35,289 nt of DNA from Candidatus Enterousia sp. (GTDB lineage: Bacteria; Pseudomonadota; Alphaproteobacteria; Rs-D84): positions 1 to 35,289 of the forward strand of contig JAZRAD010000049.1 in assembly GCA_045634405.1 (NCBI GenBank), given 5' to 3'. A program made the translations under genes and the position numbers. The notes under the pieces were generated by a model. The model was not told the DNA's origin. It saw nothing but the letters and a program-made list of their open reading frames with translations, and did not search any database. Position 1 is the first letter of the stretch. Every line of letters starts with the position of its first letter. Below, piece by piece: positions 18,256-26,910 of the stretch.

Positions 18256-18260
18256 AAAAA
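18206..18260. repeat. direct repeat copy 1 (authentic 3' end of the PBP gene)
   Basis: tcacaggtggcacaatccccgcagaaatattcaaggaaataattcaataaaaaaa. Recurs at 20310-20363 with 2 substitutions and one fewer A. Confidence 0.95.
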
Positions 18261-18262
18261 CA

Positions 18263-18291
18263 TTGACAACATATCAATTTTGTGTTATAAA
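18263..18291 (+). promoter_or_regulatory. near-consensus sigma70 promoter upstream of the ABC transporter
   Basis: TTGACA (18263-18268), 17-nt spacer, TATAAA (18286-18291). Leaves a ~160-nt leader before the ATG at 18455. Confidence 0.6.
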
Positions 18292-18454
18292 CCCCATCGC
18301 ACTATCATTTAACCAAAACAAACATACAAAGGAGGCACCAGTGATATTGCTGTATATGTAATGTTGTCCGTCAAAAATATTTGTGACCACGCGATCATTG
18401 GGGGGCAATATTTTTAGAAATAAAAAATTTAATTTTTAACAAAAAGGATAACTT

Positions 18455-20269
18455 ATGTTACGCAGAATCATTGGACGGCCAAAGTCTTCCAATAAAAAAC
18501 GAAAAACACAAGATTTAGCGTTACCTAAATCATTGTGGAAATTTTATTTTAAACACACACTTCATGGTTCACGTTTTGCAATTGCGATGTGGGCAGTGTT
18601 CTATTTTATCATTTCACTGGACGGTGTATTATTTCCGAATTTCCAACGTTGGTTTATTGCCCTGTTTGAAAATCCGGTACCAGATGGTATGACATTAATG
18701 GAACACGCAACGCCGACAATACTGTTAATTGTTTCGTTGCTATTGATACTGGACATCAGCTCCTTGATACGCAGTACTTTTTCAGGTCGTTGGATTCCAC
18801 GCGTTAAAAATCGCGTGTCTGTTGTACTGAATGACTATGTCCACAGCCAATCAATGTCGTTTTGGACAGGACGTATGTCTGGCAAAGTTCATACACAAAT
18901 ATCATATGTCGCAGATGGATTTCGTGCGGTCGAAGATTTTTGGCGCATAATTTGCCTAACAACAGTAATATTAATAAACGTCAAATTGATATTGGCCATC
19001 AATTCGTATGTTGCAATTATATTCGGAATTGTCTTTGCATTTCGCGCTGCATACAGTTGGTTTATGATTAAACCGATGAACCGCGCATCCAAAGACCAAA
19101 GTGCTGCATACAGTGAACTGTCTGGTCGCACAGTTGACAGTTTATCAAACTTTTCTGTTGTAAAGCTGTTTGCAGGCACAAAACGCGAACGCAAATACCT
19201 AGAACCAATACGTGAAAAAAGCATCAAATCATTTATACATACTTTTTTCGTTCAGCGTATTTTTTGGGGCGTTCCAATGGTTATTTGGGACATCTGCTAT
19301 GGCGCAACATTATTGTTATGCGTATGGCTGTACGCCAAAGGCAAAATAACCATTGCGGAAATTGTGTTTACAAATTCTGTATTCTTTAATGTTATGAGTA
19401 CCATCGCAGTAATTGTAAACCAAATACCAACCATATCAGAACGCTTGGGCGCTGCATCAAAAGCATATAAAGAATTGGTTGTACCAATCGATGTTAGCGA
19501 TGCAGAATCTGCGCCTGCGTTAAAGGTAGCCAATGGTGAAATAGAAATCAAAAACCTGTCGTTTAAATATAAACGCAAATGGATTTTACGTGATTTCAAC
19601 CTGAAAATAAAATCAGGCGAACGCGTTGGGCTGGTTGGACCATCTGGCGCAGGCAAAACCACATTGGTAAATTTGCTGATGCGTTTTTACGACCCGAACA
19701 AAGGCAAAATCTTGATTGACGGTCAAAACATTCGTGATGTTCAACAAGATTCCCTGCGCGAAAACATTGCATTCATACCACAAGAACCGACAATGTTTAA
19801 CCGCACATTGCGTGAAAACATCGCGTACGGCAAAGAAAATGCAACAGATGCACAAATTCGTACTGCTGCCAAACGCGCATCTGCACACGAATTCATCATG
19901 GGGACAGACAAGAAATATGATTCCATGGTTGGCGATCGCGGTATTAAATTATCTGGCGGTCAAAAACAACGTGTTGCAATTGCACGCGCATTTTTGAAAG
20001 ATGCACCTATTTTGGTTCTAGACGAAGCAACATCTGCATTGGACAGTGAAACCGAAGTCGCAATTCAAAAATCATTTGATGAATTGGCCAAAGGACGCAC
20101 AACTGTTGCAATTGCCCACAGATTGTCAACACTTCGTAATATGGACAGAATTGTCGTATTAAAAGACGGCCATATTATCGAACAAGGCACACACAGCCAA
20201 CTGTTGCACAAGCGTGGCGAATACGCCCGCCTGTGGAAAATGCAATCTGGCGGATTCTTGCAAGAATAA
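18455..20269 (+). CDS. ABC exporter, fused permease + ATPase (MsbA / multidrug-exporter type)
   Basis: Six predicted TM helices, then Walker A GPSGAGKTT, signature LSGGQKQRVAIARA, Walker B ILVLDEATSALD, H-loop IAHRLST. AAAGGA SD. Confidence 0.9.
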   Translation: MLRRIIGRPKSSNKKRKTQDLALPKSLWKFYFKHTLHGSRFAIAMWAVFYFIISLDGVLFPNFQRWFIALFENPVPDGMTLMEHATPTILLIVSLLLILDISSLIRSTFSGRWIPRVKNRVSVVLNDYVHSQSMSFWTGRMSGKVHTQISYVADGFRAVEDFWRIICLTTVILINVKLILAINSYVAIIFGIVFAFRAAYSWFMIKPMNRASKDQSAAYSELSGRTVDSLSNFSVVKLFAGTKRERKYLEPIREKSIKSFIHTFFVQRIFWGVPMVIWDICYGATLLLCVWLYAKGKITIAEIVFTNSVFFNVMSTIAVIVNQIPTISERLGAASKAYKELVVPIDVSDAESAPALKVANGEIEIKNLSFKYKRKWILRDFNLKIKSGERVGLVGPSGAGKTTLVNLLMRFYDPNKGKILIDGQNIRDVQQDSLRENIAFIPQEPTMFNRTLRENIAYGKENATDAQIRTAAKRASAHEFIMGTDKKYDSMVGDRGIKLSGGQKQRVAIARAFLKDAPILVLDEATSALDSETEVAIQKSFDELAKGRTTVAIAHRLSTLRNMDRIVVLKDGHIIEQGTHSQLLHKRGEYARLWKMQSGGFLQE

Positions 20270-20272
20270 AAA

Positions 20273-20298
20273 ATGCCCCAATGGGGCATTTTTATTTT
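20273..20298 (+). terminator. rho-independent terminator of the ABC gene
   Basis: Palindrome atgccccaatggggcat followed by ttttatttt. Confidence 0.8.
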
Positions 20299-20309
20299 AT
20301 CTTGGTCGG

Positions 20310-20363
20310 TCACAGTTGGCACAATCCCCGCAGAAATAATCAAGGAAATAATTCAATAAAAAA
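20310..20363. repeat. direct repeat copy 2 (non-functional remnant of the PBP 3' end)
   Basis: tcacagttggcacaatccccgcagaaataatcaaggaaataattcaataaaaaa. Still reads TVGTIPAEIIKEIIQ* in the PBP frame. Confidence 0.95.
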
Positions 20364-20380
20364 CCCGCCAAACGGCGGGT
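20355..20380 (-). terminator. rho-independent terminator of the 20398-20805 gene
   Basis: Minus-sense hairpin acccgcc-gttt-ggcgggt followed by a T-run. Confidence 0.7.
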
Positions 20381-20397
20381 TAAAAAACATATACAAA

Positions 20398-20805
20398 TTA
20401 TTTCTGCAGCAAGCTTTCTTGTAACTTATTGTAATACACTTGTTTTTTCTGTTCTAAGATGGCTTTTTCTTTTTCAATCCTTATACGACACTTTTCTTGT
20501 TCTTGTTGCTGATACAAATCTCTTATATCATAAAATATACCCCTGGCAACATCTTTATCAACTGATTGCTTTTTGCCATTAATAGTCAAAGACAATGCAT
20601 GATAACCTTTCGTTATGTTATATCCGAAAATTTCAAGAATCTTATTTCCATTTTTCACAACAGCATACCCCACCCAATTCTCATTAGATATGTTCTCTTC
20701 AAATCCTCCGAACAGTCCGCCATAAATATGCCGACTAACAGATCTTGTTTCTTCTATCATCTCAATAGAAACAGTTTTATCTTTCAACAATTCAGATATT
20801 TTCAT
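20398..20805 (-). CDS. hypothetical protein (135 aa) with a C-terminal coiled-coil
   Basis: Clean ORF with its own terminator. The C-terminus QQQEQEKCRIRIEKEKAILEQKKQVYYNKLQESLLQK is heptad-like. No family recognised. Confidence 0.6.
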   Translation of the reverse strand: MKISELLKDKTVSIEMIEETRSVSRHIYGGLFGGFEENISNENWVGYAVVKNGNKILEIFGYNITKGYHALSLTINGKKQSVDKDVARGIFYDIRDLYQQQEQEKCRIRIEKEKAILEQKKQVYYNKLQESLLQK

Positions 20806-20920
20806 ACTTTATCCTTTTTATGCCTGTATCAAACACGACCGTAATACAACTAGCTGCTTTTGGCAATAAAATTAAATTTAAAATCTTAGTTGGCCACAAC
20901 AGAATGCCTCGACAAACAAA

Positions 20921-20950
20921 CTAAACAAAAAATCCCCCGATTGGGGGATT
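20921..20950 (-). terminator. rho-independent terminator of the Pmp-like gene
   Basis: Minus-sense hairpin aatccccc-aatc-gggggatt followed by ttttttgttt. Confidence 0.8.
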
Positions 20951-20957
20951 TTTGAAT

Positions 20958-23900
20958 TTAAAACTGACCACGGAATTTTATCATCCCTGTATGCGATGTA
21001 TAATCTTCGTGTAAATCTAAATCATACATTGCCGATAATTCAACCCCGTTATAAAATGCAGTCAATCCAATACCAAATTCTGCGCCAAATTTTGACAGTC
21101 CCTGACCTTCAATTGCATACGAAGAACCAACAGATGGGATTGTTACATTTATCTGTGACGCATCACTGATAAAGTCATATGTCGCAGCAGCATGCATTTC
21201 AGGACGGAATTTTATATTAGCATTTGAATCAATCATAAATGCATATCTTAATCCCGCAACACCTGTCAAGAAGTCAGAATCAATTGCAGCTACTTCATTA
21301 ACACCGTTGGTGTATTTATCCTGTGCAACATGCAAATAGCGCAGACCAAATTCTGGTGTCATACCAGTTGCATAGTCATATCCAGACATCAACTGAACGC
21401 CATAAGAATCAACATCATACAGACTTTCTACAAAAGCACCAAACGGATCTGAATTTTCTGTATATTCAGACATCGTATATGCCAATGTCGCATTTACGAA
21501 CCATTTGCTTGGCTGATATTGACCATACATAAATACAGTTTTACTGTCGATATCTGTTTTACGTGTACCAGATGTAACATCTGTATTATTGTACGCAAAA
21601 CCAACACCCAATGTGTATTTATTATCAATTATCGTATCAGCACCAAATGCAAATCCACGTCCAGAACCTTCAAAGACATTTGATAATTTAGATTTGCTGT
21701 AAACACCCTGGGCCCACAGACCATTCTGTTGTGAATCACCACCAGAACGCCCAACAGATGCAACCGCGCCCGACATACGATTTGACGCCAATGACATTAC
21801 ACGGCCAGCAACTGACATCGATGCAGATTGTGCAACAGTTTTATCTTCTGGATTTAATTTAGCAGCTTCTTCTGCCAACGCCTTGGTATCGCCAGAATTT
21901 AACAAATGCTGTGCAGCCAAAGAAATCTTTTGAATATTTTTATCAGCAGAATTTGCCAGCGCACTTACAACCCCAGCAGTCTGTGATGAAATATTTATAT
22001 CCTTGACCAAATCTTCAATTGGTTTAACAGATACGACAATGCCATCTTTGCCGTTATTCACAACATTATAAGCCTTGTCCATAATATTGATAGCAATATT
22101 ATTATCGCTTGTTTCATCAAATATTTTATATGTACCAGATGAAGCGACAGTCAAATTGATAACACCGCCACCAGTAATATCGCCATACAATTTTGCAAAA
22201 TCATACGAGCTTAGCGCAGATGCGTTTACTGTACCATCAATATTGATTGCATCTTGGATAACAGTTGCAGTTCCCATATTCATGGTTGCGTCTTTGGCAA
22301 TATTTAAGACACCTGTTTCACCTGTGATACCACTATCTATATTCAATGTACCAGATGTAACATTTAATGTTCCCAGATTGTAAATATCGTTTTTATATTT
22401 ACCTGCAAAATTATTTGCAAAAGTATTTGTTCCTGCAAAGTTTATTGTACCGCCTGCATCGTTATAGATTGCACCACCATACAATCCTGCCTTGTTATTC
22501 TTAAACGTATTTACACCTGTCAGATTGATAATACCATGATTAGTAGAATCAACACCTGAACCACCACCATAGTTTACATCAATACCGTTATAGATTGCGC
22601 CACCTGATTTTTGTGCTTTATTTTCATCGAATTCGGCATTATTGATATTTACAGTACCAGCATATACATTTGCAATACCGCCACCAAAATTAGCTGACTT
22701 ATTATATTCAAACAATGCAGCATCGATGTTCAGTACATAACCTTCGCCATGACGTGCAGATATTGCGCCACCACGTGCGCCCGATTCGTTATCTTCAAAG
22801 ACGACGTTTTTCAATGTTACATCAGATGTACCACCAACCAATATAGCACCACCACCGTCAGATTGTTTTACATCCGCAGTAACACCACCCTCTGTAATAG
22901 CAGCAGTATTTTCACTGAACACAGTATTTTCAACCAGTACTTTACCATACAGCCCAGCTGCACCTGCGTCTGCACTGGCATGGTTTTCAGAGAATACAGC
23001 GTTTTTAATTACTGTTTCAGAACCAACATTCTGCATATCAGAAAAAGCGCCACCCACATATGCAATATTTTCTTCAAACATAACAGGATTTTCTGTTGTG
23101 CCCAAAATGTCTAATTTTCCTGCGTAATTAAAGATTGCGCCACCCATTGCATAGTTGTCACCAGAAATAGACTTATTATTTTTAAATTGACCGCCATTAA
23201 TTGTTAAAGTTCCGCCATCATTATAAATTGCGCCACCCCACCAATTAGTTTTATTTTCATAAAACGATCCATTATTAATCGTCATCGTACCTGTATTAGC
23301 AATTGCGCCACCAAAACTGGTACCTGTATTCTTTTGAAAATAAGACTCGTTAACAGTCATTACGCCATCATTATAGATTGCGCCACCACTATGCTTGGCA
23401 ACATTATTTTCAAACACTGCAACAGCATTGCTTAAATCAACATTTGCCCCTGTGCCACCATTATAAATTGCACCACCAAAATTGCCTGCGATATTATCAT
23501 TAAATGTAACATTGCCTGCAAAATTCACAGCGGTCGAAGATGTAGTATCTGCATCTGTCCAATTCATAATCGCACCACCATTGACACCGGCTTCATTTTC
23601 ACTGAACAAAGTTGTACCGATAACATTCACAACCGCAGAAGAATCTGGGTCATCTGTACGCGATTCAATTGCGCCACCGTTCTGCAAAGCGATATTATAT
23701 GTAAATGTATTTTTACTGCTGCCATCTGCAAAACCAATTGTTAATTCTGCAGTAGATTCAGCACCACGGTTATACAATGCACCACCGCCATATTTATAAT
23801 ACTTGCTTTCTGAAGCAACCGCTGTTTGATGGTTTCCTGTGAACAGATTTTCTTTGGCCAAGAAACTCATATCTCCGGCATTAAATATTGCACCACCATA

Positions 23901-25085
23901 CATGTCTGCCATACCGCCTGAAACACTTATTTTATTAGCCTGAAGAACCATATCTGATAAAACAGTAGAATTTACAAATATACCACTGCCCGTATCAACC
24001 TTATCACCACTGAACGAAATATTACCAGTTGTTCTGAAATCTACCAATCCACCGACAAGAGCATCTTTGCTATATTCTGTACCTGGGCTTGATATTTTTG
24101 CATTTACAAAAGTAATATTGCCATCACCGTTATAAAAAATCTTTTTTTGTTCATCTGTTGTACTATATCTGTTATTCAAAACAACATTTTCAAACTGCAC
24201 ATCACCACCAAATTTAACTGTGCCATTATTGTATAATGTAAATTTGCTACCATTATTGGTACTAAACAATACATTTTCAGATTGAGACAAATCCAACGTT
24301 GCACCATTTTCAACATCTATACGTGAAGCATTTTGCACAACAAAATTATTTGCTTTAATAGACGTATATCCATCAGAAGCATTATACAAACCGTTCTTGA
24401 TGTTTTTTGGTACATTTGCATTTGCGATATTCAAATTTGACGCATTAATAACAACATTATTTGCAACAACGTTTGTACCATCTAAGGTCAAATTAACGTT
24501 ATCTGCACTGAAATTTCCAGCGACAACTGTATCATCACGATGTGCGAACAAAGACAAACCGTACGCCATCTTTAAATAATTTTCGTCTTTTGAAACATCA
24601 AATCCTGTTTTTCCAATGATTGTTTCAAGACTGTCATTCCAAACAATTCCAGCCTGTTTGGCGATATCAACATCTTTGTATGATACTTCGCCTTCTTTTA
24701 GTTCTGTATCTGCCCAATTAGACTCGCCATCTGTACCTGCAACTTGCCAATTATAAACAAATTCTTCGCTTTCCCCTAATTCACGCAAAGTCAAATTAAC
24801 AGGTCCAACATACAAACTAGGCTTTTTACCAGCAATACCAGCAATATTCACAGAACGACCGACCACATTATATTCTGGAAAGTCATTTCCACGATCACCA
24901 TTTATCACAGAGACTCGTCCACCAATTGCTGAATTATTTGCAACATCATAATCCAAATTTAAATCACCAAAAACCCACGCATTACCAGATGTATTCGGCA
25001 AATCTGCCACGGCCGGCATAACAACCAATGCAGGCAAAACGCTACAAACTTTTAATATTTCAGATAAATGTTTGGTATTTGACAT
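20958..25085 (-). CDS. polymorphic-membrane-protein-like (GGAI/FxxN repeat) autotransporter
   Basis: AAAGGGGG SD 6 nt before the ATG at 25085. Signal MSNTKHLSEILKVCSVLPALVVMPAVA. At least a dozen GGA[IL]xN repeats interleaved with F(S/E)xN motifs. C-terminal ~280-aa beta domain ends ...GMIKFRGQF (terminal Phe). Confidence 0.9.
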   Translation of the reverse strand: MSNTKHLSEILKVCSVLPALVVMPAVADLPNTSGNAWVFGDLNLDYDVANNSAIGGRVSVINGDRGNDFPEYNVVGRSVNIAGIAGKKPSLYVGPVNLTLRELGESEEFVYNWQVAGTDGESNWADTELKEGEVSYKDVDIAKQAGIVWNDSLETIIGKTGFDVSKDENYLKMAYGLSLFAHRDDTVVAGNFSADNVNLTLDGTNVVANNVVINASNLNIANANVPKNIKNGLYNASDGYTSIKANNFVVQNASRIDVENGATLDLSQSENVLFSTNNGSKFTLYNNGTVKFGGDVQFENVVLNNRYSTTDEQKKIFYNGDGNITFVNAKISSPGTEYSKDALVGGLVDFRTTGNISFSGDKVDTGSGIFVNSTVLSDMVLQANKISVSGGMADMYGGAIFNAGDMSFLAKENLFTGNHQTAVASESKYYKYGGGALYNRGAESTAELTIGFADGSSKNTFTYNIALQNGGAIESRTDDPDSSAVVNVIGTTLFSENEAGVNGGAIMNWTDADTTSSTAVNFAGNVTFNDNIAGNFGGAIYNGGTGANVDLSNAVAVFENNVAKHSGGAIYNDGVMTVNESYFQKNTGTSFGGAIANTGTMTINNGSFYENKTNWWGGAIYNDGGTLTINGGQFKNNKSISGDNYAMGGAIFNYAGKLDILGTTENPVMFEENIAYVGGAFSDMQNVGSETVIKNAVFSENHASADAGAAGLYGKVLVENTVFSENTAAITEGGVTADVKQSDGGGAILVGGTSDVTLKNVVFEDNESGARGGAISARHGEGYVLNIDAALFEYNKSANFGGGIANVYAGTVNINNAEFDENKAQKSGGAIYNGIDVNYGGGSGVDSTNHGIINLTGVNTFKNNKAGLYGGAIYNDAGGTINFAGTNTFANNFAGKYKNDIYNLGTLNVTSGTLNIDSGITGETGVLNIAKDATMNMGTATVIQDAINIDGTVNASALSSYDFAKLYGDITGGGVINLTVASSGTYKIFDETSDNNIAINIMDKAYNVVNNGKDGIVVSVKPIEDLVKDINISSQTAGVVSALANSADKNIQKISLAAQHLLNSGDTKALAEEAAKLNPEDKTVAQSASMSVAGRVMSLASNRMSGAVASVGRSGGDSQQNGLWAQGVYSKSKLSNVFEGSGRGFAFGADTIIDNKYTLGVGFAYNNTDVTSGTRKTDIDSKTVFMYGQYQPSKWFVNATLAYTMSEYTENSDPFGAFVESLYDVDSYGVQLMSGYDYATGMTPEFGLRYLHVAQDKYTNGVNEVAAIDSDFLTGVAGLRYAFMIDSNANIKFRPEMHAAATYDFISDASQINVTIPSVGSSYAIEGQGLSKFGAEFGIGLTAFYNGVELSAMYDLDLHEDYTSHTGMIKFRGQF

Positions 25086-25285
25086 AAAAAGCCCCCTTTC
25101 TTTGATATGCTTCTTATTCATAGCACATAAAAATTCATAAGCAATATAAATTTTTACTAAAATCAATCTACAAAAAAACAATATTGCCTATTTATTAGCT
25201 ACAACATAATTGTAAATTCCCGTATTCGCTTACGCTGTGTCGAACCAGTGCAACATATTGTTGCATGGTACAAACCAATATAAAT

Positions 25286-25304
25286 ACGCCCCATTCCGGG
25301 GCGT
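25286..25304 (-). terminator. probable intrinsic terminator of the 2-gene cassette
   Basis: Hairpin acgcccc-attc-cggggcgt. T-rich on the minus-sense downstream side (atttatatt). Confidence 0.5.
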
Positions 25305-25415
25305 TTGAATACTGGTTGTGCTATCTGTGCAGTTTGCGAGCCGAATTGTTGGAAATCGGGCAAGAAATTGACGAGTTCAAGAGGAAACAAATCTAATAAA
25401 TCATATTGTACAATG

Positions 25416-25868
25416 TTATCTATCTATATTAAGACCACGACCTATTCGCAGTTTAGAATGATTGCGTTCATATTCATCAACATATTCTTTGATTGCATAA
25501 TATTGCCCCGCACTTATTCTAAATAATTGTGTATAAATATCATCCTCAACAAGAAACATCTTTTTACCGTTTTCGTCTTTTACCGATATCCCGTCGGATT
25601 TTACATACATATGAATCCCTTTTGCTAAGTCCGGATTTAATTTTTCCGCCCTTTTTATAAGTTGCACTAATTCTTCTGGTTGGCTCTCTTTTGAATATGA
25701 CATCCATTCCGCGTCTTTTAATTGTGCTTGTGCAAAAACTTTATCTGTTTTGGGTGTTTTTACAGGATTACGATATGGTTTAGTAATTTCCTTTATATCT
25801 TCAATCAATTGGTTATCTACTTCTTCCATAAAATAGAGTGTGACTGGATCTGAACGCGTCAACCACAT
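25416..25868 (-). CDS. hypothetical protein (150 aa)
   Basis: ORF 27 nt downstream of the preceding gene. No SD seen, so the start is uncertain (alternative Met at 25829). No motif recognised. Confidence 0.55.
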   Translation of the reverse strand: MWLTRSDPVTLYFMEEVDNQLIEDIKEITKPYRNPVKTPKTDKVFAQAQLKDAEWMSYSKESQPEELVQLIKRAEKLNPDLAKGIHMYVKSDGISVKDENGKKMFLVEDDIYTQLFRISAGQYYAIKEYVDEYERNHSKLRIGRGLNIDR

Positions 25869-25895
25869 GTTATTATCTGTATATCTAGGAGTTTT

Positions 25896-26288
25896 CTAAT
25901 AACCGTTGACTGTATTACGCCTTACAACTTTTCCGTTTATTGTTCCCAGAGAAAAATATTCATCTAATGCTAAAAACAAGTTCCCATCAGCAACACAATT
26001 AAGTGAGATTCTATATTTTGGAAAAATTTTATAATCAAGTATATTATGTCTTACGATTGGGGATTTGTGATAATTCCAATCGTAATTTTGTTCAATGGAC
26101 ATACCACAATGCGGAATTTCGGCATTTGCGGACCAGTTTTTATCAACAATTCTGCTTTTTGGAAAATCTGCTTGCCTAAGATTTTCATATTTTTGTTTTA
26201 TTTCAATATAAATTCTACCTTTGTTAAATGATTCTTCTCTCACCTCTATTTTTTCTTTTTTGGGAAAATTTATTTTCAAAACCATCAT
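25896..26288 (-). CDS. hypothetical protein (about 130 aa)
   Basis: AAGGAG SD (26297-26292) lies 3 and 6 nt upstream of tandem ATGs at 26288 and 26285. The GTG at 26303 in the ORF track overlaps the SD. No motif recognised. Confidence 0.6.
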   Translation of the reverse strand: MMVLKINFPKKEKIEVREESFNKGRIYIEIKQKYENLRQADFPKSRIVDKNWSANAEIPHCGMSIEQNYDWNYHKSPIVRHNILDYKIFPKYRISLNCVADGNLFLALDEYFSLGTINGKVVRRNTVNGY

Positions 26289-26397
26289 TTTCTCCTTATA
26301 CACTGCTTAAAAGTATATCACAAATAGTTCGAAAATGATAATTTTTTGTTGTTTTCTATTTTCCAACTTTCGAACTTTCTGTAAATATTACAATTCC

Positions 26398-26426
26398 AAC
26401 AAAAAACCGCTCTGAAACGAGCGGTT
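26398..26426 (-). terminator. rho-independent terminator of tRNA-Gln
   Basis: Stem aaccgctc / gagcggtt with a 6-nt loop. Minus sense is followed by ttttttgtt. Confidence 0.8.
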
Positions 26427-26434
26427 GTCTATCT

Positions 26435-26508
26435 TGGTTGGGGCAGCTGGATTCGAACCAACACTGACGGAGTCAGAGTCCGGAGTTCTACCGTTAAACT
26501 ATGCCCCA
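26435..26508 (-). tRNA. tRNA-Gln (anticodon CUG), CCA encoded
   Basis: Hand-folded cloverleaf: acceptor TGGGGCA/TGCCCCA, 3-bp D stem GTT/AAC, anticodon stem CGGA/TCCG, loop CTCTGAC (anticodon CTG), T arm GTTGG-TTCGAAT-CCAGC, discriminator A, CCA. Architecture mirrors E. coli tRNA-Gln. Confidence 0.95.
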
Positions 26509-26518
26509 AGCACGGCGG

Positions 26519-26547
26519 ATTATAAGGCTTTTTTATTTCCAATGCAA
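26519..26547 (-). promoter_or_regulatory. sigma70 promoter of tRNA-Gln (copy A)
   Basis: Minus-sense TTGCAT (26547-26542), 17-nt spacer, TATAAT (26524-26519). The -10 ends about 10 nt upstream of the tRNA 5' end. Confidence 0.7.
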
Positions 26548-26563
26548 GCAGAAAGTTAATCCC

Positions 26564-26584
26564 CATGTAAAAAATATGTAAAAA
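26564..26584 (+). repeat. ATGTAAAAAATATGTAAAA motif, copy 1
   Basis: catgtaaaaaatatgtaaaaa. Contains an internal direct dyad ATGTAAAA-N3-ATGTAAAA. Confidence 0.9.
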
Positions 26585-26757
26585 TTTTTGCAAAATGAAA
26601 GCACTTTTATACATATAAAATATGTATCTAATACACCCCTAAACAATAACCATCACCTTGATTTTACATTAAAAACACCATATTCCCGCCACTTTTAATT
26701 TTTCCAGACCATTGTTCCGCTAGTCCGCCGGTCTGGGAAATGCACAAAGAACAACAC

Positions 26758-26782
26758 TTCCTGTGTAAAACCGGGATTTTTT
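26758..26782 (+). repeat. left copy of the TTCCTGTGTAAAA...C(C/T)GGGATTTTTT repeat
   Basis: ttcctgtgtaaaaccgggatttttt. The two halves recur at 30620-30632 and 30748-30759. Confidence 0.85.
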
Positions 26783-26827
26783 CACCCCCTTTTGAACAAT
26801 ATTTGACCTTTTTTTCACTACGGCTCA

Positions 26828-26850
26828 CACATGTAAAAAATATGTAAAAT
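26828..26850 (+). repeat. ATGTAAAAAATATGTAAAA motif, copy 2
   Basis: cacatgtaaaaaatatgtaaaat, about 60 nt beyond the stop of the last operon gene. Confidence 0.9.
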
Positions 26851-26910
26851 GTTCATAAATAAAATAAAAATATAGTTCCAACACGACGGCATATTTTACC
26901 AAATCTGAAA

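Noticed and set aside
21323-24579. Plus-strand ORFs inside the Pmp-like gene (21323-21532, 22075-22383, 22749-23114, 23482-23799, 24397-24579)
   Set aside because: They are shadow ORFs of a repetitive 1375-aa minus-strand gene.
25236-25252. tcgaacca 8-mer shared with the T-arm region of tRNA-Gln, considered as a possible attR for a 3'-side island (25.2-26.4 kb)
   Set aside because: 8 nt is within chance expectation for a 35-kb window on two strands, and the flanking bases do not match.
25199-25526. ORFs 25199-25390 (-) and 25305-25526 (+) in or near the spacer between the Pmp-like gene and the 150-aa gene
   Set aside because: They are short, overlap a terminator hairpin and the 3' end of the 150-aa gene, have odd composition and lack an SD. 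One reading frame ends in a plausible coiled-coil fragment (ELLEIGQEIDEFKRKQI*). It is under 60 aa and I cannot support it as a gene or a pseudogene.
26429-26614. 61-aa minus-strand ORF
   Set aside because: It is made up of the tRNA-Gln gene and its promoter, so it is not coding.
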